Positions 10,069 through 18,243 of a stretch of 64,000 nt of DNA are shown here, piece by piece. The notes under the pieces are model-generated. The model saw only the letters and a list, made by a program, of their open reading frames with translations. It was not told the DNA's origin and did no database searches. Origin of the DNA: Escherichia phage vB-Eco-KMB40. The stretch lies in sequence record OR539220.1. One strand, 5' to 3'. How positions within the stretch are numbered: the first letter of the stretch is position 1; each line of letters begins with the position of its first letter. The position numbers and the translations under genes are program-made.

Positions 10069-10815
10069 TTATCCTCGGATAAGTTTAAAAATTGAACAAT
10101 TTAGCGGATATCCTCTTTTCAGTTTAAGTTTATCAATAAAAGACAAGTTTTGATACCGCTCTACACCTTGAATAATTTTATCACACATATCATATTGCAT
10201 TTCTGCTTCTGACAACTTTTTCACAATTTTCCAATCCGAGCCTTTAAGAAGAACGTTCAATTTAACAACTTCAGCGCCTTCTGCTATGCGAGAACCATCA
10301 ATACGAGCTTTAAGTGCTATAATCCTCAGCTTAATGTCAGAGGTCTGTTTTGATTTAGAAAGCTGAGAAATGTGTTCAATTCGGTTTTCACGTTTTTTCT
10401 GTATAGCTTTAATTTGATTATAAGTCTTTTTGATTTTAGCCCATTTCTTTTCATCTAAATTTAGTTTATGAACTTTTTTCGCAGATGAACGACCAATTCG
10501 CAAAGCAAATAAATCACGCTTTTCAATCAACTCTTCTAAAGTATAATCAGAACGAAATGTATTATACTTTTTCTTTACTGCAATAACATTCCCTTTAATG
10601 TATCCAACGTTATTATCAAAACGTTCTAATGATAATTTCTCTCCTTCAATACGATTATCAAAAGGTTCTCCCGAGTAAGCGCAAACTTTCTGATCTAAAA
10701 TGTTCTTAATGTAATTGAAGTCTAAGTTAAAATCTTTAGAACGTCTTTTTGCAGATGCCTGAGTATGCTCTAGACGACGTTTAATTTTACGAATTTGATT
10801 ATTAGACAGCTTCAT
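10069..10815 (-). CDS. srd: Srd-position protein (248 aa)
   Basis: basic 248-aa ORF between dda.1 and modA; assignment by position and size. Confidence 0.45.
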   Translation of the reverse strand: MKLSNNQIRKIKRRLEHTQASAKRRSKDFNLDFNYIKNILDQKVCAYSGEPFDNRIEGEKLSLERFDNNVGYIKGNVIAVKKKYNTFRSDYTLEELIEKRDLFALRIGRSSAKKVHKLNLDEKKWAKIKKTYNQIKAIQKKRENRIEHISQLSKSKQTSDIKLRIIALKARIDGSRIAEGAEVVKLNVLLKGSDWKIVKKLSEAEMQYDMCDKIIQGVERYQNLSFIDKLKLKRGYPLNCSIFKLIRG

Positions 10816-10851
10816 ATTTTTCTCACATCTTACGGACGGTTAATTACTTAT

Positions 10852-10881
10852 ACTATAACATTTTTACTTTAACTTGTAAAC
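10852..10881 (-). promoter_or_regulatory. early sigma70-type promoter
   Basis: GTTTAC at 10876-10881, TATAGT at 10852-10857; upstream of srd-like ORF. Confidence 0.5.
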
Positions 10882-10894
10882 AACTTTATGTAAA

Positions 10895-10921
10895 AATGCT
10901 TTAAAACTTTCATGGTATAAT
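10895..10921 (+). promoter_or_regulatory. candidate plus-strand middle-type promoter (antisense to modA)
   Basis: plus strand TGCTTTA at 10897-10903, 12-nt spacer, TATAAT at 10916-10921 preceded by TGG. Confidence 0.3.
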
Positions 10922-10938
10922 GAATCTAAGTCCTTCCA

Positions 10939-11541
10939 TTATAGATTAAATCCTTCAAAATCAAGAGTATAGATATTGTATGTTGAACACTTTTTGTACT
11001 CATATCTATCTGCAATTCTAAATACACTTCCAGCTGGTATCATTACTTCTTGTTCATCTGAAACTAATTCCATATTACGATAACGATGACTATCCGGAAA
11101 CTTAAAGTTTGGATTGTATTCTTTACAGCGTAGAGCTTTTATAGCATACTCCTGGAAATTGAATACCATAGGAGCTTTGAATTCAAAAATAACTTGTGTG
11201 TTATACTCTAAACCGGAAGCAAAATGTAGAGCTATATTTTTATCATATGAAGCTGATACTACTTTATCAAATTTAATAATATCAATTCCTTGATTTAATA
11301 CTTGTTTAGTCTCAGCTGGAACACCTCTCCAAAGAGGTTTATCGTTTGGAACCAAACGAGATTTGATTATTTCATTTAACCAAGTATGGTCATCTGGTTT
11401 GTTGGTAATACAATGAATTAAAAGTTCAATTTCAGATAAATTAAACCCTTCAGAAAGTAATTCTTCACGAATAGAAGCACGCACCGATGCATCCATTGAT
11501 TTTATTTTAAAATCTTTTAGTTGCATTACTGAGTATTTCAT
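10939..11541 (-). CDS. modA: ADP-ribosyltransferase ModA (200 aa)
   Basis: 200 aa as T4 ModA; adjacent paralogue; position after srd. Confidence 0.7.
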   Translation of the reverse strand: MKYSVMQLKDFKIKSMDASVRASIREELLSEGFNLSEIELLIHCITNKPDDHTWLNEIIKSRLVPNDKPLWRGVPAETKQVLNQGIDIIKFDKVVSASYDKNIALHFASGLEYNTQVIFEFKAPMVFNFQEYAIKALRCKEYNPNFKFPDSHRYRNMELVSDEQEVMIPAGSVFRIADRYEYKKCSTYNIYTLDFEGFNL

Positions 11542-12161
11542 TCAACTACCTCAATATCATAAACTTTAAATGTTCCAAATGAATCGTGTAATTTTTCTTT
11601 TGAAATAGAAGTTATTCTATACTTTCCAATTGGAATCATCCATTCTTGTTCACGCACAATCATCATTAAGTTATCAGTACGCTCTGAATCTAATCCATCA
11701 GTATCTTCATATGTATACTTAAACTCAGTATTAGGAGAAGAAAGTATAATATCGCTGATATGGTCAGAATAATTAAAAGCTTTATCAGTTTTTAAACGAA
11801 GTATTATTTTAGTAAAATATTCAGCATAAGAAAAAGAACATGCTGTGAGCAAACTAGTAGTAAATGAATCTACTCTGTTCGTTGAAAACACTTCTCCAAC
11901 TTGTAAATCTTTAATAAGTTCTTTTGTCGATTTTGATATACCACGATATAACTGATATGGTGATTTAGTTAAATGCTTTTTAACGATTTTATTCAACTGC
12001 CGATGAAGAGCTTCATTCTTTTTGGCTTCCATACATTGCCAAAGAACAGATTGCTCAAAGTCAGTAAATTTTTCACAGACCTTTTTATACATATCATATT
12101 GAAAATCAACGCTTTCAGCTTTTATAGATAACTGTTCAACATCTGCAAGATTAATAATCAT
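11538..12161 (-). CDS. modB: ADP-ribosyltransferase ModB (207 aa)
   Basis: 207 aa as T4 ModB; SD GGAGG. Confidence 0.7.
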   Translation of the reverse strand: MIINLADVEQLSIKAESVDFQYDMYKKVCEKFTDFEQSVLWQCMEAKKNEALHRQLNKIVKKHLTKSPYQLYRGISKSTKELIKDLQVGEVFSTNRVDSFTTSLLTACSFSYAEYFTKIILRLKTDKAFNYSDHISDIILSSPNTEFKYTYEDTDGLDSERTDNLMMIVREQEWMIPIGKYRITSISKEKLHDSFGTFKVYDIEVVE

Positions 12162-12187
12162 GATAGCCTCCGTATACTTCAGAAGCT

Positions 12188-12217
12188 ATCATATCATCGT
12201 TAGAAAGGAAAGTAAAC
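12188..12217 (-). promoter_or_regulatory. early sigma70-type promoter
   Basis: GTTTAC at 12212-12217, TATGAT at 12188-12193; upstream of modB. Confidence 0.5.
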
Positions 12218-12228
12218 AACTTTTTGAA

Positions 12229-12411
12229 TTATTTTGCCCAGGGAGCCCAGGGCGGAGGGTCAAGATGGTATGAAGCTAGTTCTTCTAGAAGAGCATCTGG
12301 GGCTTCAATTCCATAATTCTGTAATACTATACGGTACTCTTTCTTATAATCACTAGAATCATTCTGGTTATTCGTAGAATGATTATCTTCTAACATCTCA
12401 AATAAATCCAT
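12229..12411 (-). CDS. hypothetical acidic small protein (60 aa)
   Basis: ORF in modB-soc small-gene cluster. Confidence 0.4.
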   Translation of the reverse strand: MDLFEMLEDNHSTNNQNDSSDYKKEYRIVLQNYGIEAPDALLEELASYHLDPPPWAPWAK

Positions 12412-12419
12412 ATTAATTC

Positions 12420-12890
12420 CTAGCGATAAAAACCAAATTGACGATTAGCTTCAGCAATCTTTCTTTCTTCTTCGGACATTCTCCAGCGTAGTCCAACATC
12501 AAAATGAGCCCAGACCATCTTAACAAATGCATTTATATCTTTAATATCTTCAATAATGAATGTTTTACTTTTAAAAGGCTGACTCGCTAATTTAACTTTA
12601 TCATCTTCAAACAGGTCAAAAAGACCATATTCATGAGCTCTTTTATAGCCTTTAATAGTTAAAGCTTCAGAAGAAGAAAACGGTGAATCAGTATTCTGCA
12701 AAATATCTTCAGTATGCTTTATAATTAGAATAACATTTTCTGGATATTTTCTTTCTTTTATATCTTTAATTAAAAAATCCGGATTTTCTGCTAAAGGAAT
12801 AATCAATGAGCAATTTTTATCAAGCGTATTTACTGATTTACCTTCTTTGGACATAAATTCTATTGAATAGTGTTTTGCTACTTCAATCAT
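12420..12890 (-). CDS. hypothetical protein (156 aa)
   Basis: ORF in modB-soc cluster. Confidence 0.5.
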
Positions 12891-13047
12891 GTGATTTCCT
12901 TTTGCCTACTAATGGACCGTCGGGAATTTTGTTTTCCTGGATATACTTCTCATTTTCTTCCATCATTTTACTACCAATTTTAAGAAGCAAATCCATTGCT
13001 TCATTTGCTTTAGCTTTAGCCTCTTCTAACGTCATATCTTTGTTCAT
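12883..13047 (-). CDS. hypothetical small protein (54 aa), not in ORF track
   Basis: [21 protein letters not shown]...; start and stop overlap both neighbours. Confidence 0.4.
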
Positions 13048-13247
13048 GATTTATCACCATAGATGTCTCTCATCAATTTAAGCGCTGAGCGTTCTAATTT
13101 CTTTTCTTTCTCAGCACTAATCATTGATTTCATCCATTCTTCCGATTCATTCTGCATTTCTTTATTTGCTTGTTCAACCCAACCATCATCAATATACATT
13201 GAGTTTGGTCTACTGAACCATTCAAGCATCTTCTTCAGAACTTTCAT
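13044..13247 (-). CDS. hypothetical small protein (67 aa)
   Basis: ORF in modB-soc cluster. Confidence 0.4.
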
Positions 13248-13719
13248 TTGTTTTACCTAAAACAATAGTAGGAGCATCGTCAAATTCATGAATTTTGAGT
13301 AAATTTGGATTTAAATTATTCCATACATAATAAATAAAGTATGATAAAGCATCTTCACTCGCAATTATAAATTTATTTCCTTTATCTATTTTCCAGTCAT
13401 ATACTGAATCGTACGAATAAAAAGATAAAGGGTTATCATTATATTGTTCTGCGCTAACATTAATGTATTCGGATTTAGTAAATGCTTCAATTGCTCTAAA
13501 CGGACTATTTGACACAGTTTCAATAATTCCGATCTTTTTAAGTTTTATTTCAGCATCTTCTGGAACTGGCATTGAAACGAAATTTTCTACGAGATACATA
13601 GGGTTACGATAACCCTTATCAATCATTACGGCTACAGTAATTGGAACATCTTTAGCAAACGACATACTATTGCTGCTAATATACATTTCAAACAAAATCG
13701 CTTCCATAATTTTCCTCAA
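13222..13719 (-). CDS. hypothetical protein (165 aa)
   Basis: ORF in modB-soc cluster. Confidence 0.5.
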   Translation of the reverse strand: MRKIMEAILFEMYISSNSMSFAKDVPITVAVMIDKGYRNPMYLVENFVSMPVPEDAEIKLKKIGIIETVSNSPFRAIEAFTKSEYINVSAEQYNDNPLSFYSYDSVYDWKIDKGNKFIIASEDALSYFIYYVWNNLNPNLLKIHEFDDAPTIVLGKTNESSEEDA

Positions 13720-14057
13720 TCACAAGATGTAGATGAACAACTAGAATCACAAGAACTTCCACATGAATCGCCCGTCCATACATGAACAGGAACATTAGTA
13801 TCATATGAATCAGAACTAGACTGTGTATTCTGTGTATTAGATGATGTAGTAGGTGTTGACCAGCGCCAAGGATTTTTATAATATTCTTGGGCTTCTTCAT
13901 AAGTCATAGTAACTGCTTCTACTGTTCCATCTTCCATATAAACATACTCAACTACAGTTAAAGGAAGGTAGTCATTTGAAATAGGAACTACACCTTCCCC
14001 AGGAGTCGTAGAGAAAAAATCCGTAAAGAAACTTTTAAACCAATTAAAGATAAACAT
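13716..14057 (-). CDS. hypothetical protein with Cys-rich C-terminus (113 aa)
   Basis: C-terminus [18 protein letters not shown]. Confidence 0.5.
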   Translation of the reverse strand: MFIFNWFKSFFTDFFSTTPGEGVVPISNDYLPLTVVEYVYMEDGTVEAVTMTYEEAQEYYKNPWRWSTPTTSSNTQNTQSSSDSYDTNVPVHVWTGDSCGSSCDSSCSSTSCD

Positions 14058-14263
14058 TACAAAAAGCCTCTTTTGAATTCAACTTGCTTCTCACCATAAT
14101 CATATCGAATCTCTGCATTAAATTCGACAGAGCCATCTGCGTACATCATAAATGAATGCACAACAACTTCTGTAGACCATGGTTGTAGTTCATATTTCTT
14201 CATTACATGTCGTGAAATGATAATATCTAAATCTTCATTTGGTTTAATCCAACGATTTAACAT
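14057..14263 (-). CDS. hypothetical small protein (68 aa)
   Basis: ORF immediately upstream of soc. Confidence 0.45.
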   Translation of the reverse strand: MLNRWIKPNEDLDIIISRHVMKKYELQPWSTEVVVHSFMMYADGSVEFNAEIRYDYGEKQVEFKRGFL

Positions 14264-14289
14264 AGTGCTCTCCTCTATAAGATAATTCT

Positions 14290-14319
14290 ATTATACCATA
14301 CTCATTTTGGAAAGTAAAC
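14290..14319 (-). promoter_or_regulatory. early sigma70-type promoter
   Basis: GTTTAC at 14314-14319, TATAAT at 14290-14295. Confidence 0.55.
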
Positions 14320-14334
14320 CATTTAAATGAAAAA

Positions 14335-14354
14335 AGGACTCCCGAAGGAGTCCT
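14335..14354 (-). terminator. intrinsic terminator hairpin (UUCG loop) after soc
   Basis: AGGACTCC-cgaa-GGAGTCCT, 8-bp stem, followed by U5 on transcript. Confidence 0.65.
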
Positions 14355-14361
14355 TGAATTA

Positions 14362-14598
14362 TTAACCACCTATTTCTGTGGGCGTAAACATTGCAGCATT
14401 CTTAGTTTTCCAGTCAGCTGCATCAGAAACTACAGTAGAATATGCCGCCTTTTCAGAAGGAAAGGTCTGATAATGAGAATCTGCAATACGATGCTCGTTA
14501 GAATAGATTTCAAATGGAACAGAAACTTCCATACCTTTAACTTCTTTGCCTTCACCTGCTGGATGAGTAAAGGTCTTGATGTTAACGAAACCACCCAT
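14362..14598 (-). CDS. soc: small outer capsid protein Soc (78 aa)
   Basis: size and sequence consistent with T4 Soc; late promoter and SD AAGGAG upstream. Confidence 0.8.
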   Translation of the reverse strand: MGGFVNIKTFTHPAGEGKEVKGMEVSVPFEIYSNEHRIADSHYQTFPSEKAAYSTVVSDAADWKTKNAAMFTPTEIGG

Positions 14599-14629
14599 AA
14601 TAAACTCCTTTATTGTTTAATTACAGGTG

Positions 14630-14637
14630 TATTTATA
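14630..14637 (-). promoter_or_regulatory. late promoter TATAAATA for soc
   Basis: exact TATAAATA on minus strand about 32 nt upstream of soc ATG. Confidence 0.65.
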
Positions 14638-14639
14638 AC

Positions 14640-14780
14640 TTACAATTTAGCGGCTTTCCAGAGTTGTTCAATAATCTCTTGGTCTATTTCTTTAGTTATT
14701 TCATTACGTAATAAAGCAGTAAGGGCTTTCGCCCTTTTCTTATTCAACTTTTTGAGTTGACGTTTATTTAAACGAGACAT
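14640..14780 (-). CDS. hypothetical basic small protein (46 aa), not in ORF track
   Basis: MSRLNKRQLKKLNKKRAKALTALLRNEI...; ATG overlaps gene 56 stop; occupies soc-56 interval where T4 has segF. Confidence 0.4.
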   Translation of the reverse strand: MSRLNKRQLKKLNKKRAKALTALLRNEITKEIDQEIIEQLWKAAKL

Positions 14781-15298
14781 TAATAACCTCGGTCCTGACG
14801 AGCAAAGTTCTCGGCATTTTTCAGGTAATACAGTTTAAAGATTTCTTCTGCTGTAAGACCAAGACCTTGGAACATGTTCAGAACGAAATGGAGAATATCA
14901 ATCATTTCAAATTTAATTTCCAATTGGTCTTGTGGAGACAAATCAGTAATCAGAGTTTCACGGCGTTCACCATGCTGCGACTTCCAAGGTTTCCATACAG
15001 CAGATGCATCTTTTTCGCCGTTGCTCATACCACCAAGAGAAGTCAAAAGTTCGCGGAATTCATCATCAATATAATCTTTCTGATTGCGCAGCCAATCAAC
15101 AACTTCACCTGCAGTAGCCAAATCATCAGGATGACGGTTATATTCAGGTTTATCTTTAGCTAAACGAACCTGCAAAGATTTCTGCATATCAAGCATAACT
15201 TGCAGCGGGTCTTTTTCATCACCGAGAATATCCCAGTATTCATTTTGAGCTTTATCAGCGCCTTCGATCAGTTGTGAACATTCATTAAAGTATGCCAT
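14780..15298 (-). CDS. 56: dCTP pyrophosphatase (172 aa)
   Basis: N-terminus MAYFNECSQLIEG and length as T4 gp56; track ORF extends further upstream in frame. Confidence 0.8.
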   Translation of the reverse strand: MAYFNECSQLIEGADKAQNEYWDILGDEKDPLQVMLDMQKSLQVRLAKDKPEYNRHPDDLATAGEVVDWLRNQKDYIDDEFRELLTSLGGMSNGEKDASAVWKPWKSQHGERRETLITDLSPQDQLEIKFEMIDILHFVLNMFQGLGLTAEEIFKLYYLKNAENFARQDRGY

Positions 15299-15332
15299 TA
15301 TTTTTCCTTTCAATTCATGGATTAGTAGATTA

Positions 15333-15356
15333 ATTATACAATAAATATATAAAGCA
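15333..15356 (-). promoter_or_regulatory. candidate middle promoter (MotA box TGCTTTA, 11-nt spacer, TATAAT)
   Basis: minus strand TGCTTTA at 15350-15356, TATAAT at 15333-15338; upstream of gene 56. Confidence 0.45.
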
Positions 15357-15369
15357 ATAAGGAGGACAT

Positions 15370-15570
15370 ATGGTACAAAAATTAATGGCACTTATTAATG
15401 CCATAAAAGGTAATAAAAAGCGTATAGCTTTTACTATTTCTGCTATGGTAGGAATTTTACTCTGGAACTTTATTTTATCACCTGTTGCAATTGCGCATGG
15501 TATTAATATTCCAGTAGTTACTCTTGATACATTCGTAGATTTAGCATTTGCTTTAGTTGGGTTAATTTAA
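15370..15570 (+). CDS. small hydrophobic protein (66 aa), only convincing plus-strand gene here
   Basis: strong SD AAGGAGG 4 nt before ATG; two hydrophobic segments; fills the 56-61 intergenic gap; stop overlaps primase stop. Confidence 0.5.
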   Translation: MVQKLMALINAIKGNKKRIAFTISAMVGILLWNFILSPVAIAHGINIPVVTLDTFVDLAFALVGLI

Positions 15571-16595
15571 ATCTTAGCATATTTAGATAACCGCATTTTA
15601 GCCATCAACCCCTGGGCAATATTATTTTTCATATATTCCATAATTTGTTCAGGGGTTGCACCTTCCTTTCTAATCATATCATTAACATCTTTTGATTTCC
15701 AGGGAGATTTATCCCAAAACATAACCCTTTCTCCTGCATCAACTAATTTAGTCATTCGCTTAATAGTGTCAGGATGACGAGGTTCATTATCTAAAACCCA
15801 CACACGTCTATCTTTAAATGGAACAACTTCTAGGTCTAATTGACCACCCGTAATAGCTATACCATTTTCAATAAAAAGTGAATCTATAGGTCCTTCTAGA
15901 ACATATACATCGCCATCTTTAACTCGTTCGACTCCATATATTTTTGTTGCCTCAGGATAAGCCTTAATGGTGATATATTTTTGAGGAGCATCTTTCTTTA
16001 ATGCACGTCCTTGAAAAGACTCAGCTTTTCCATTAGCATTATAAATTGGAATAACAAGACGAGGCTCAGAAATTTCCTTTTTGTATGTTCCCGGTGCTAT
16101 GCTATTAACTAATTTAGGCCATTCGGTTGTAAACCAAAGATATTTCCATTTATCCTTTGGAATACAACGAGCTTTTACATATTTTATAATTGGATGGTCT
16201 TCCGCCAGTTTATCTAATCTAACGCATGACGGAAGAGATTTAATTATTTTCTTCTCAGGTTGTTTAGGAAGTTCTTTAGGTTTTTCTACTGGACGACTTT
16301 TACCTTTTTCTTTTCTTATTTCAAAGATATACTCACGATATAAATCAGGTTCAAACTCCTTTAAATATATTCCGATTGGCGCATGATAGTTACAGTTATA
16401 ACAATGAATATTTCCTTCATTATTATCACCATAATACCATCCACGAGCTTTATTCTGGTCGGTTTTTGAATCTCCACAAACAGGACATCTAAACCGCAAT
16501 TTAAAAGTTGAACTATTATTTACTTGTGTGAATTTAGGTAAATGAGCTAATGCACGGTATGCAAACTCATTATCAATCCAAGGTATTGATGACAT
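15567..16595 (-). CDS. 61: DNA primase (342 aa)
   Basis: zinc ribbon CPVCGDS...CYNC, 342 aa as T4 gp61. Confidence 0.9.
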   Translation of the reverse strand: MSSIPWIDNEFAYRALAHLPKFTQVNNSSTFKLRFRCPVCGDSKTDQNKARGWYYGDNNEGNIHCYNCNYHAPIGIYLKEFEPDLYREYIFEIRKEKGKSRPVEKPKELPKQPEKKIIKSLPSCVRLDKLAEDHPIIKYVKARCIPKDKWKYLWFTTEWPKLVNSIAPGTYKKEISEPRLVIPIYNANGKAESFQGRALKKDAPQKYITIKAYPEATKIYGVERVKDGDVYVLEGPIDSLFIENGIAITGGQLDLEVVPFKDRRVWVLDNEPRHPDTIKRMTKLVDAGERVMFWDKSPWKSKDVNDMIRKEGATPEQIMEYMKNNIAQGLMAKMRLSKYAKI

Positions 16596-16761
16596 TTTTA
16601 CTCTTCTTTTTCTTTAGATTCCTCTTTTTCTTTTTAGGAATCTGTTCAGGGCCTTTATTTACTACAGCGCCTGACGTTGTTCCAGTAGAGATATTTTCAG
16701 GATTACCACCTGAATCTCCAGCGACCATATCTTCTTTGATAAATTCTTTATATGTTTTCAT
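16573..16761 (-). CDS. 61.1-position protein with capsid-targeting-like N-terminus (62 aa)
   Basis: N-terminus MKTYKEFIKE resembles internal-protein targeting sequence MKTYQEFIAE; SD GAGG. Confidence 0.5.
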   Translation of the reverse strand: MKTYKEFIKEDMVAGDSGGNPENISTGTTSGAVVNKGPEQIPKKKKRNLKKKKSKNVINTLD

Positions 16762-16762
16762 A

Positions 16763-17389
16763 TTAACCTCTATTCATAAAAGCATTAAAAATTTGGTCAT
16801 CAATAGAAACATTTACGTTAGACTGTTTTTCAGATGGCAATTCATATCCACATATTACAATTTTATGATCAATATCAAAATACACAGAAGCAATATGATT
16901 AATGATATTTTCAGTGAAGTCTAAATCGACATCAATATCTTTTTGACCACAGCCCAAAGGATAAATAATGCGAGTAATTCGATTATCTTTAACAAATATT
17001 CCACCGACATACTCTGTACTGCGTTTAAAGTCTACACGCCGACGAAATGAAAAATATTCAGGCTCTTTATGAGCTCGGCTCATAGGACACAACGAATAAC
17101 TAGAATAAGAGATGTCAAATCCTACGCCTTCGATATGAGCCAAAGTGTCATGATTAAACCAATTATAATCGTACGCCAAATCCATTAGATTATAATATGT
17201 AAAAGGCACCGGATTAACATCATTAGTCACAAGCATGTAATTAGCAACTGCTATAATTTCATTGTTTTTAACGAATACAAACCGTGATTGATGCGAATGA
17301 CCTGGACCCGCGTTTTCACGATTAATGATATAACACTGGGCACCTTTATATTTGTATGTATCTTTGCACTTGTGCATTTGATAGAGCAT
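16763..17389 (-). CDS. 61.2-position protein (208 aa); possible AdfA homologue
   Basis: 208-aa ORF downstream of primase; name by position and recollection only. Confidence 0.35.
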   Translation of the reverse strand: MLYQMHKCKDTYKYKGAQCYIINRENAGPGHSHQSRFVFVKNNEIIAVANYMLVTNDVNPVPFTYYNLMDLAYDYNWFNHDTLAHIEGVGFDISYSSYSLCPMSRAHKEPEYFSFRRRVDFKRSTEYVGGIFVKDNRITRIIYPLGCGQKDIDVDLDFTENIINHIASVYFDIDHKIVICGYELPSEKQSNVNVSIDDQIFNAFMNRG

Positions 17390-17682
17390 TATTCACCTAC
17401 CACTTCAGCGATGATATTTTTGTTATTAAAGTTTTTATCGCAATACAGAACATAATTATACTGCATTACACCACCAGACTTAAGCTGTTTTTGCACTTCA
17501 GCTTTCATTTCAGGACGATCGCGCTCAACAATATTCATAATATCCGCTTCAATTTGAGTTTCAACCTCAGTCTGATCAGCAGTCATAGACCATTCGCACA
17601 AATCTTTATCATAACCTGCCATAGCAGGCTGAGCAGCACAAGAAGCTAAAGCAAAAATTGTAGCAAAGATAAATTTTTTCAT
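17389..17682 (-). CDS. predicted lipoprotein (97 aa)
   Basis: signal peptide with lipobox LASC. Confidence 0.5.
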   Translation of the reverse strand: MKKFIFATIFALASCAAQPAMAGYDKDLCEWSMTADQTEVETQIEADIMNIVERDRPEMKAEVQKQLKSGGVMQYNYVLYCDKNFNNKNIIAEVVGE

Positions 17683-17710
17683 GATAATCTCCTCAGTAGT
17701 TTATGTTTAT

Positions 17711-17740
17711 ATAGTATCTCAATTTCCAACAAAAGTAAAC
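17711..17740 (-). promoter_or_regulatory. early sigma70-type promoter
   Basis: GTTTAC at 17735-17740, TACTAT at 17711-17716. Confidence 0.5.
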
Positions 17741-17742
17741 AG

Positions 17743-18000
17743 TTATTTTAAAACTTCTGTGTAATCACATGTTACAAACTGTTTCTCTAGCTTGACGATT
17801 TTACGAAAGTATCTTTTACATTGACGAATCTGTCGCTTAGTAGGGCGCACAGCAAACTTAATAAATTCCACTCGACCAAATGGAGGGCTTTCTTCTGATG
17901 GAATATCTAACACCAATTCCCACGTATCCGCAATAAGTGCTTTGAATTGAGTATTTTTCCTGACGTTATACGGAGTAGGTTTAAATAAAACAATATGCAT
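17743..18000 (-). CDS. tifA: 61.4-position basic protein (85 aa); possible TifA
   Basis: ATG at 18000 with SD GAGGA overlapping dmd stop gives 85 aa; immediately downstream of dmd; name from recollection. Confidence 0.4.
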   Translation of the reverse strand: MHIVLFKPTPYNVRKNTQFKALIADTWELVLDIPSEESPPFGRVEFIKFAVRPTKRQIRQCKRYFRKIVKLEKQFVTCDYTEVLK

Positions 18001-18001
18001 A

Positions 18002-18184
18002 TTATCCTCGGCAATCCACTTCGCACACTTTCTTGTCATCAATGAAAGCTTTAACTAATGCTTTATTAACTTCAGCATATTGAGTAGTAGCCCATTGAAC
18101 GTCATCTTTCATCATTGTGATTTCTTTAGTAAACATGCTTTCATTCTTAAACCACCCCATAAAAACTACCTTTACCAATTCCAT
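18002..18184 (-). CDS. dmd: Dmd, anti-RnlA/LsoA antitoxin mimic (60 aa)
   Basis: 60-aa ORF between 61.4 and 41, size and position of T4 dmd. Confidence 0.7.
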   Translation of the reverse strand: MELVKVVFMGWFKNESMFTKEITMMKDDVQWATTQYAEVNKALVKAFIDDKKVCEVDCRG

Positions 18185-18213
18185 AACAATCTCCTCATTT
18201 AACCAACAAGACT

Positions 18214-18243
18214 ACTATACCATAGTCTTGTCAGTTTGTAAAC
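18214..18243 (-). promoter_or_regulatory. early sigma70-type promoter for dmd
   Basis: GTTTAC at 18238-18243, TATAGT at 18214-18219, SD AGGAG downstream. Confidence 0.55.

Noticed and set aside
13688-13900. Minus-strand ORF 13688..13900 (70 aa)
   Set aside because: Alternative frame fully inside 13716..14057 and overlapping 13222..13719; His/Leu-rich low-complexity translation.
14473-14760. Plus-strand ORF 14473..14760 (95 aa)
   Set aside because: Antisense to soc and the small minus ORF, and overlaps the soc late promoter; no SD.
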